From contig OZ024742.1 in NCBI GenBank assembly GCA_964016885.1, forward strand, positions 156,860,001 to 156,924,000: a stretch of 64,000 nucleotides of DNA, written 5' to 3'. Origin of the DNA: Eledone cirrhosa. Its lineage: Eukaryota. The notes below the pieces were generated by a model that worked only from the letters and a program-made list of their open reading frames with translations, did no database searches and was not told the origin of the DNA. Below are positions 54,301 to 64,000 of this stretch, one piece after another. A program made the position numbers and the translations under genes. Position 1 is the stretch's first letter. Every line of letters starts with the position of its first letter.

Positions 54301-54783
54301 TCGTCAACAAGCGCTTGCAGAGGAGTTCACGGCAGACAGAGACAACAGGCTTGCTGCTAAGCATTCCCAGCATACATTAGCTACTGCTGCCAAGAGCTCA
54401 GGCTGGTTAAAAGCAGCCTTCAGATATAACCTGTCTGAGGATTACGGACTTCTGCCTACAGTTTCCATTGGCAAAATGGTTAATGTCTGAACATCCTGCA
54501 AAGCAATGAAATGGCCAAGCCAGGCGCCTTCTATGTGCTGTGCAGGAGGTAAGATACAACTAGAGGCATTGGCTACGCTACGGCTACGGTTCCGCCGTAA
54601 CATGTGGACATACAATCCCTGTTTCATGATGACCTCCTTTCGTGTAGACAATAACAACGCCAACAACAGCGTGTACCCCAACAACAACGTTGCAGCTGGG
54701 ATGCGCGGGAAGTAACATTCACACATTTTAACAACAGCGTAAAGGTCGACTTACACCCGGGCAACGCCGGGTACTTATGCTAG
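51385..54783 (+). mobile_element. defective Helitron (about 3.4 kb)
   Basis: 3' hairpin acccgg-gcaacg-ccgggt, then CTAG|T at 54780-54784; 5' tatataaagtgaag plus (GTTT)n; subterminal repeats; RepHel N-terminal remnant. Confidence 0.85.
53772..54575 (+). pseudogene. Helitron RepHel N-terminal fragment (two exons: 53772-53852 and 54073-54575)
   Basis: Charged 20-aa repeats (RLAGVR..ALAEES), then AFRY...VSIGKMVNV*TSCKAMKWPSQAPSMCCAGGKIQL, the typical Helitron Zn-finger-like motif; phase-0 GT-AG intron. Confidence 0.8.
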
Positions 54784-54792
54784 TATATACAT

Positions 54793-56883
54793 ATTAAAAT
54801 CACAGATTACAGTTTAAGCCAATAATCGCTAGTTTCACCCTTAACGGGATCTTCTGACACTAAAAAATCAATCTGTGAACGCAGAAGTAAACATTTCGAA
54901 AAACGTTGCAACCGACGAAAAACCGGAAGACGACACTTTGGTTCGTGAAGACGTTCACTGGTAATGAACAGAAAACAGCGAGGACAATACGTCGTGTGGA
55001 GGGAAGAGAAAAAATACACGCAAAGACAAAACCGTTTATGGTATAAATGGAGTCATTAGACTAATATTCTATTTAGGAAACTGAATGATTCTCGGCTTGG
55101 TAGTTAAGAATAATGTAAATAAATTAGAATGAAAAAGACAGCGGTTATTAAAGTAATAATAATTACATACACATATCTATATACGTAAGAACAGGTGCAT
55201 ACGCGACATACATGCACACATAAACACGCGCACACACCAAATACACGTATACACCAATTACACATATAAAAATATGAGTGCGCATGTATACATATAATTA
55301 TATAAACGTACATAAATACACCCACATGAATACCTGTATAACGCAGGCACATACCTACCGGTTAATACACATAGGTGCACCAAACGTACATATACCAAAA
55401 CTCAATGTACACATATACACACCATACATACGTGCATATACTCATACACACACAAAAACGAAATACACATATACACATAACCACACACATACCAGTATAT
55501 ATAATATATACACCTATAACAAATACAAGCATATATAGTACGACAAAGTATACGTACCTCCAAAAAACCTACGGGTAAGGTATACTTACCTATATAAATA
55601 AGTAATGGTATAAGCATAACATCTACTTAGCTACCACAAGACCTAAATGATCAGCGTATTGTTCGTACTATACGTCAGGGTATAATGTGGGGCTGTAATA
55701 CAGGAACGTTTTACGCATTTTGTGTTTACAAGCCGAAATTGCCTCAGATTTTTTGTTCAAGATCATTGGCGTAGAGTATTTCCAGGGCTTCAGCGGCGCA
55801 AAGATCGCATGGACTTTTTTCCATTATACGATCTAGCTTTAGCTAAATCTCCCAGTGTAAACTATATTGGGTGTGGCTGTCTTTTAGACTTCAGATATAA
55901 GCAGAAAGTGACGTCATATTCATTCTTGAAGGGTTAAGACAAGAATGGGTGTGCATATAAAGACGCTGCTTCAATCTATTGGCGGTTAACCCTATGTAGG
56001 CCCTACTAGATGTGGGTGTGTCGACCTTATATTTGTAGACAATGTTACTGGAGAGGCAAGTCCCGGATAGAGGGCAGCCAACCCGATTCCTACAATTAGA
56101 GTTAGTACTAGCTAAAGCGTTGCACGTGTTACTACGGCGAGGTGGTTTACCTAAATTTGAAGCAGTGATGTTATGTGCAAAGTTAGAAGTCGTGGAGTAA
56201 AATATTTTAATGGTATTAAAAATGTTATTATATGTATGTGCTGAGGGGAAATGCTTCTTAATAATGGAGAGAAAGATCTTAGCTAATGGTGTTGCCACCT
56301 CCATATTATATGGTGGATTATATCATATAATGATTCGGGATCTATTGTTTCTAGGTGTATGCTCATACTTAGAATATGCTACCTTATCAACAAATCAACA
56401 CCGAGCCAGAGCTTTATTATAATATGTGGAATAGTCGGTGAAAATATACTCGTTTGTAGATAGACAGGAAAGCCTCAGAGAAACGTTTTATTACCATGCT
56501 GGGTTATGCTGGCAGGAGGGTTATAAGGCTTACTGATGTAATCAAGCGTATCATACGGATAGTGCAAGCCATTCGATAAATTGAGAGTAACGTCGAGGTA
56601 GTTTACGTCCAAAAGTTTGGCCTCAACTTGTATGGAGAGATTGAAGCCCTTAAAGAATGATGTGAGTTCTTTTCTAAACCTGTCGCAAGCGCAGGGACCG
56701 CACGTTGTCATGGTCAAATGACCGTCATCGCGGTACAAACCACGATAGGGAATTCTTTCTTGATAGATAAGAGATTGAAAAGGCCGATAAGATCTGTAAC
56801 TTCCGCCGAATAGCTTGTGACCATACTCACGTCGAATGGGGTACTTCTACTATTAGATTTTTTTATCCAAATAGAGTCGTCTG
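54793..56883 (-). mobile_element. inverted 3' portion of PLE1 (partial RT, GIY-YIG, 3' UTR, pLTR)
   Basis: PFDVSM..SAEVTDLIG, YRDDG, YLDVTLNL, CPLSGTC, VYKY..AYIGLT; frameshifted. Confidence 0.92.
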
Positions 56884-57230
56884 AATAGCTCGTGTATTTA
56901 CGTATATATATGTGTGTATGTATATATTCAATTATTATTTCTTTAATATGTCTTTTAATGTCTTTTCGTTCTAGTAATTTATTTACATTATTCTTAACTC
57001 CAAAGCGGAGAATCATTCGGTTTCCTAAATAAAATATTAGTCTAATGACTCCATTTATACCATCACCGTGGTTTTGTCTTTGCGTGTATTTGTTCTCAGC
57101 GATCCACATAATGACGTAATATCCTCGCTTTTTTCCGCTCATTGCCGGGGAACGTCTTCACGAACCAAAATATCGTCTACCTATTTTCCTTTGCTAGCAA
57201 CGTTTTCCGAAATATTTACTTCTGCGATCA

Positions 57231-57305
57231 TAGATTGATTTTTTTTAGTTTCAGAAGATCCCGTTAAGGGTGAAAGCAGCGATTCTTTGATTAAACTTTA
57301 ATCTG
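57231..57305 (+). ncRNA. variant-core hammerhead-like ribozyme in the PLE1 5' pLTR
   Basis: agttt CAGAAGA t-ccc gttaa ggg-t GAAA gcagcgattctttga TT aaact. Confidence 0.6.
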
Positions 57306-57464
57306 TTATTTTAATAAATATTTGCTCTAGGGTTTTTATATCTTTGATTTATATTTATCCTTATCGAGCTCTCTTTGGTTTTACTCTTCACATTTATTAT
57401 TATAACTATTTGGCTCCCTCGGTTGAGCACTTTATCGATCTATATTCATCACGCAGAAACAATA

Positions 57465-59050
57465 CCTGAATATTTCTACAAAGAACATACCCGTACATAG
57501 CAGGAAGGCATATTTAAGACTTCTTAAACAAATGACGGATTCGTTCCTTAAAAGGTTCCGTTGGCGCGCCTTTTATTTAGATAACCAGGAAAAAGCGGAC
57601 AATAAACAGGATAAATTTGGGTTTAAAACTTATAATTGTCTCTACTTTAGCCACAAGGCCAGCAATTACCCAGTGCATTACTGGTACTTTATTTTATCGA
57701 CCCTGTAAGGATGAAAGGCGGGATTTGAACTCATATCGTAAAGGGACGTAACTATGCTGGAAAGAATGGCGTCCAACCGTCTACTTATACTGCCAATCCA
57801 CCGCCCTTGAAAACTTATAATAACCCTTCGAGTAACCCAGCATTGTTATCTTTCGAAAACGATGCGTTGGATCTCATGCGGAGTATCAAATTTCGGAACA
57901 GGAGCAATTCCTTCGAACAAGACCTGAAGAAAAGAATTCGTTCTATTAAGGATTTTAATGTCGTGCATGTCCGCTCCGACAAAACTGGTAATATATATCA
58001 AGTGGAGCGCAGTTCTTACCATCAACTTCTACATAATGCTGTCACCAATGATTACTGGAAAACCGATCGGAGTGTCATTAATGACATCAATGATGCTGGG
58101 GTTAAAACACTTCAGAACTCAACATCCAGGTCCGGACTGAACCTCTGGACCCTACTTCTCCCCCACTTTAACCTGAAGGATCACAAACCCAATTCCGCTA
58201 AAAACCCTTCTATTCGGCTTATTAACACTACGAAGTCTAATTTAGGTAGACTTAGTAAAAGGATTTTAGATAGAATTATACCTGAAATTAGAACCTTGGC
58301 CCCTCTTGCACCGTGGAATAATACTTTCGCGGTGATTGATTTATTCAATGGCATTTGTAATAAGGAAAATTGCCGTTTTATCCAATTCGACATCAATAAA
58401 TACTACTCCTCCATCACTTTACCACATCTTCTTAGAGCTATCAATTTCGCTAAAACGCTCACCTTGGTTAAGGATTTCGAAGTTCATGTCATCCTGAATA
58501 CCCGTAAGTCGGTGATTAATTTCGACGACTCTATTCGGATAAAAACATCTAATAGTACCCCATTCGACGTGCGTATGGGCGCCAGCGATTCGGTGGAGGT
58601 TACAGATCTTATCGGCCTTTTCCATCTTTTCTCTATCAAGAAAGAATTCCCTAACGTGGGCGGTAGTGTGTACCGCGATGACACTCTTTTGACCATAACA
58701 AAGTGCGGACCCCGCACTTGCGACAGGTTTTTAAAAGAACTCACAGCCCTCTTTAAAGGCTTTAACCTCTCCATACAAGTTGAGGCCAACCTTTTGGTCG
58801 TACACTACCTCGAGGTTACCCTCAATTTATCTAATGGCTTGCACTACCCGTAAAGAAAGCCGAATGATACGCTTAATTACATCAGTAAAGCATTCTAACC
58901 CTCCTGCCAGCATAACCAAGAACATGGTAAGAAACATTTCTCTGAGGCTTTCCCGTCTATCTACAAACGATCATATTTTCACCGACCATTCCACATATTA
59001 CAATGAAGCTCTTGCTCGGAATGGATTTGTTGATAAGTTAGCATATACTA
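57465..59050 (+). pseudogene. PLE reverse transcriptase, disrupted
   Basis: 348-aa open stretch 57807-58853 with the RT motifs including YRDD; SINE insertion and a stop at 58851. Confidence 0.92.
57637..57809 (-). mobile_element. SINE inserted in the PLE1 ORF
   Basis: 12-bp TSD aaaacttataat (57625-57636 and 57810-57821). Confidence 0.93.
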
Positions 59051-59071
59051 TGTCTTTACGAAGCAAATTAT

Positions 59072-59255
59072 CGGTGGATTGGCAGTATCGGTAGAGGGTC
59101 GGACACCATGCTTTCCAGCATAGTTACGTCCCTTTACGATCTGAGTTCAAATCCCGCCGAGGTTGACTTTGCCTTTCATCATTACGGGGTCGATAAAATA
59201 AAGTACCAGTAATGCACTGGGTAATTGCTGGCCTGGTGCCTAAAGTAGAAACAAT
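59072..59255 (+). mobile_element. tRNA-derived SINE
   Basis: Full consensus match with A and B boxes. Confidence 0.93.
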
Positions 59256-59330
59256 TATCGTCTTCCTGTATTCCTTCGGCTACAACGTTTTTCGAAATAT
59301 TTACTGCTGCGTTAACACATCGATCTTTTT

Positions 59331-60920
59331 AAAAAAGTAGAATTGAGATGGAGGTTTTGTGGTTTGTCTCGCATCTGGTTGGTGTTCGAATGTTACTTCT
59401 GTTTTATATAGAAAAAAGTGGCTCGAAATGCTATGTTTTTAGAAAAGTTGTTTTGGTTGATTGATGACAGTCATGTGAATAAGTATAATAAATTTCGTGA
59501 TAGTTCGCATTACAAAGTTCTTATTATATTTGCCTTACAAAAGGAGGGGGGGGGGTCAGCTTTTTTTTTACATATATGAGTGAAATTTGGTTGGTTGATG
59601 CAGTGACGTGAATAAACACATCAACTTTCACGCCAGTTTGTGTTTGAGTTTCTTTTTACTTAAAAAAGTGGCTCAAACATTTTGTTTGTATAAATGTAAT
59701 TTAATAGGTTATAAATAAAATATTTATTGTCACATGTATTTTAAATTTCGTACCCGTATTTGGGAATGTTTTTTTTTGTAGCCATTTAGAGAATTTTGTG
59801 CAAAACAAGAGATAATGGTAAAAAAAAAGGTATGGGGAGAATTGTTCTTGTTCAGTGAATATGGCTGATGTGCTGAGGTGTCAAAATTCAGCCTTTCTAT
59901 TGAAATGAAGAAAGTAGAGATATGTATTTTTATTTGTGTGTATGTATAGGAAAATGATTCTATTAGTAGAAATGGGGGAGGGAGTTATGTCTGTGTGTGT
60001 ATGGGTGTTATATGTGTGTGTGTATGGTTGTGTGGTAGTATGGTTAGCATGTTAATGTGGAGAGAATATATATTTGTGTGTGTGTGTGTGTGTGTGTGTG
60101 TTTGTGTGTGTGTGTAGGAAAATGATTCCGTTAGTAGAAATGGAGGAGGAAGTTATGTGTGTCTGGGGGGTATGGTTAGCAAGTTAAGGTGTTAGTGTAT
60201 TAATGAATGTTAAGGTTTATTTAGCTCTGGTTTTAATTTTCGAAGATAGAAGCTGTTTTGTGTGCGCGTATCTATATGTCTGTTTAGATGGTTAGCATGT
60301 TATGGTGTTAACATAATGTATATTAAACTATATTTAATGCTGGTCTATATTTTTTAATAAACATATTTTCCTTATTTATTCGTATTTGTTCTGTTGTCTT
60401 GTCAACGCAAAGATAAAATGGGAAGACTCGGAATGTCTAGATGTGTACAGAGTGGTATCTGTCTTGAGGTAGGGTCTCGCAATTATTGGCGATGAATTGT
60501 CATTCTGTTTCTCAGTATGTGTTTAGTTTGTCCTATAAAATCTTCATTGCATCCTTTATATTTAATGGCATACATTAATCTTTTTGATGATCAATTGAAG
60601 TGATTTTTTACAACCAAATGTTGTCCTGATTGAAATGTATACATGTTGCCTTCAATGAGGTGAGTGCAGCTTCCACAATTAGAGCGACCACATTTTTTGA
60701 CAGTTGGGTGTGGGTTTGTGGTAATTTGGCATTGGTGTGTAATGATTTTAGTGATTTCGGTTGTATTTTGCTTTTGATTATTTTGTGTGTAACCAACCAA
60801 ATTACTTTTCTAAAAACATAGCATTTCGAGCCACTTTTTTCCATATAAAACAGAAGTAATATTCGAACACCATCAGATGCGAGAAAAAAAACAAACCCTC
60901 CATCTCAATTATACTTTTGA
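59331..60920 (-). mobile_element. PLE4 3' fragment (GIY-YIG) with inverted terminal segments
   Basis: KKCGRSNCGSCTHLIEG, LMYAIKYKGCNEDFIGQT, ENMFIKKYRPALN; 59333-59460 mirrors 60793-60918. Confidence 0.8.
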
Positions 60921-60950
60921 AAAGCATAAGAACTGCGAAACCGGTAAAGG

Positions 60951-60989
<39 letters not shown>

Positions 60990-62076
60990 AAGGAATACAT
61001 ATGAATATATATATACATGTGTGTATATTCATATATGTATATATATATATATATGTGTGTGTGTGGGATCGTTGGTTTCTTTCTCTCACACACACACACA
61101 CACACACACTCTTACTCTCTCTCTCTCCCTCTCTCTGCGTGCGTGTGAGTTTGTGTGTGTCTGTGTGTGTGCGTAAAGTAACAGTGAAAGAAAGAGGGAA
61201 AGATGTTACTTTGAGAATGCATTATGTTTGATAAAATCTGTTTCAGGCGATTAATTGTATGAAAATCTATTATCTGTTATCGATTTGTTAATTCAGATAC
61301 ATAGCTCTGTTTGACTAGATTTGGGAGAATACCTTATCATACCCATCAACTGAAGAAATAGATATGTATTTAACATTCAACACATAGGTCTTACAAAATT
61401 GAAATAGGATTCCTTTACATGTAAGTTATTATATCTAACATGCCCTTCATAATTAAATTTTACTAGATTCATGGTAACCCACTGAAACTTATTTGCACTA
61501 GTAGGAACATGTTTATTTTTCGGGCTGAAATACTTTTAACACTTTCCACCTGGATTTTTCGACCTGGATTTTTGATACAAATATTCTCATGTCAAAACCG
61601 CTAGTTTTATATTAAACCATTCCATCTGAGTTCTATTTTAGAAGGTTTTGAAGAAGAATGTCCCACATGAATTGTTTTTTCTCGCAGTTCTTCCAAATCG
61701 TAGTATGGATCACATAGGCAGAAACATTGTAATAAAACAGATTAGGAAAATTTCAAAATATGCTTTTAGATAAATAAACACACACACTTCTTTTATTACA
61801 CATGGTCCAAAGTTACAATTTATTTCATCGTATTTTTAAAATATCTGGCTTCATGCTCAGACTTTTAGTTGATCAAGCTACCGATTAATTATCCTTTAAA
61901 GAAATGAGGATAAATCTTTATATTTTATTATAGGTGTATACTTCGACAATATCAGGTTGAATATACATATGCATAGTTACAAATGATGTTTAAGGCATTT
62001 AATGTAACACTGATGTACACTCGCACACGCATACATCCATACACGTGTTTCATAAACGTATATAATCATGTGTAAA

Positions 62077-62124
<48 letters not shown>

Positions 62125-62130
<6 letters not shown>

Positions 62131-62539
62131 TTCGTTTCATTCTTTTCCATTTATAGTTTTCGGTGCGCCCGGCCGATTATCTAACTTGATATGCAAATTA
62201 GGCTGCTGAGCCGTTAATATCTATAAGGAAAGTACATAATTTTAGACGTTCAATCATCTGACAGGAAGATATACGATGCTGACGATAGCTAATAAGCTTG
62301 AAACTAGTACATCGTCCATGTGTCAGTGTTGAAACAAAAAAGGCGACGGTGGTTGTCTGAACACTGTACGGCGTAATTCGGGCTCTTTGTTTACAAATAA
62401 ACCGAACGTTATAATAAATGTTCGGTAAACCCAGCCGTTATATATATGTTTGCATGTATGTATATGCATACTATTGTACGGCTGTATAAATATATGTATG
62501 TAAGTATACATACATACTTATATTTAAGTATCAGCCGTT
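62125..62539 (+). mobile_element. R420 family monomer
   Basis: Nearly one full unit, starting at gaaatttcgtttcat; (TA)n on the left. Confidence 0.85.
62273..62315 (+). ncRNA. minimal type I hammerhead ribozyme
   Basis: acgatg CTGACGA t-agct aata agct-t GAAA ctag TA catcgt, with a perfect 6-bp stem I. Confidence 0.88.
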
Positions 62540-62957
62540 ATTTGATTCGAATAACACGTGATTTCGCCCACTCTGGCCCGCGTGTCTATTTACAATCTCT
62601 CTAGCCATGAGGTTAGATGTGCAGTGTTCAGTTTTCGCATTTTGCTGACTGTTGATCCATGTGGACTGATACTATACATATAGGTGGTGAAACGAAGCTA
62701 GGTTCGTATCAGCAGAATATAGTTATAAGGTTTGTGATTTAAAATTCCAATCCAGAGATTTGATTCTGATATACAGTAACGGTAAAATCACGTGTAATAA
62801 TTATTTACACACATCTCACTGTGTAACACATTTCTTGTTGTGTAGTATATACTTGCATTGGAGCTCGGAAGGAAATTCTCTATTCTTCTTTGAGCTAATA
62901 ATACTATTATTAATATTATTACAGTGAACTGCGGAATGCTCTTAATTCCGATTATTG

Positions 62958-63840
<883 letters not shown>

Positions 63841-64000
63841 AGGCCACTACTTTATATCCATGTAGGAGAACCCCTACTGATGCGCTAAACGAGAGTGTGA
63901 CATTTTAGTCCAGCCAGTGATTTGAAAACTCTGTTTCAAACACTACACTTGTGACAATTATTGACACATAGTGCTCGGCCCGTGGTACCATGTGACGACA

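Larger units (their letters stand above)
56890..59330 (+). mobile_element. PLE1 with 5' pLTR and ORF N-terminus; 3' part deleted
   Basis: pLTR 56890-57400; STKNIP..KRFRWRAF..FGFKT, SDKTGN, FIQFDI, MGASDS, YRDD; SINE insertions at 57637 and 59072; pLTR remnant at 59258-59330. Confidence 0.92.

Noticed and set aside
54487-54490. TGA at a Cys position in the Helitron Zn-finger motif, read as selenocysteine
   Set aside because: The fragment is defective with other stops and a frameshift, and I know of no precedent in Helitrons; a point mutation is simpler
60825-60893. HHR-like motif CTGATGG...GAAA tgc TA in the PLE4 inverted end
   Set aside because: Non-canonical core, poor stem II base, not conserved in the mirror copy, and antisense to the expected element transcript

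Overview
This is AT-rich eukaryotic intergenic or intronic DNA with no recognisable host gene. The (TA)n/(CA)n density and the SINE family suggest an octopus or other cephalopod genome (inference). Nearly all long ORFs in the track are microsatellite artefacts. Identifiable content is mobile DNA: at least four Penelope-like retroelement (PLE) families, two of them Naiad-like, mostly in head-to-head inverted arrangements; a full-length but mutated RTE-clade LINE nested in a PLE; an internally deleted mariner; two Helitrons; and about 12 tRNA-derived SINE copies. The main finding is a set of unrelated, non-coding 300-630 bp elements, almost all inside or beside (TA)n tracts. They are terminally redundant, circularly permuted or folded back, and most carry a hammerhead ribozyme (HHR) motif, which makes them retrozyme-like or non-autonomous PLE derivatives. 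One PLE family has a recurrent non-canonical HHR core (CAGAAGA). All coordinates were read by eye and element boundaries are approximate. No folding or database search was run.
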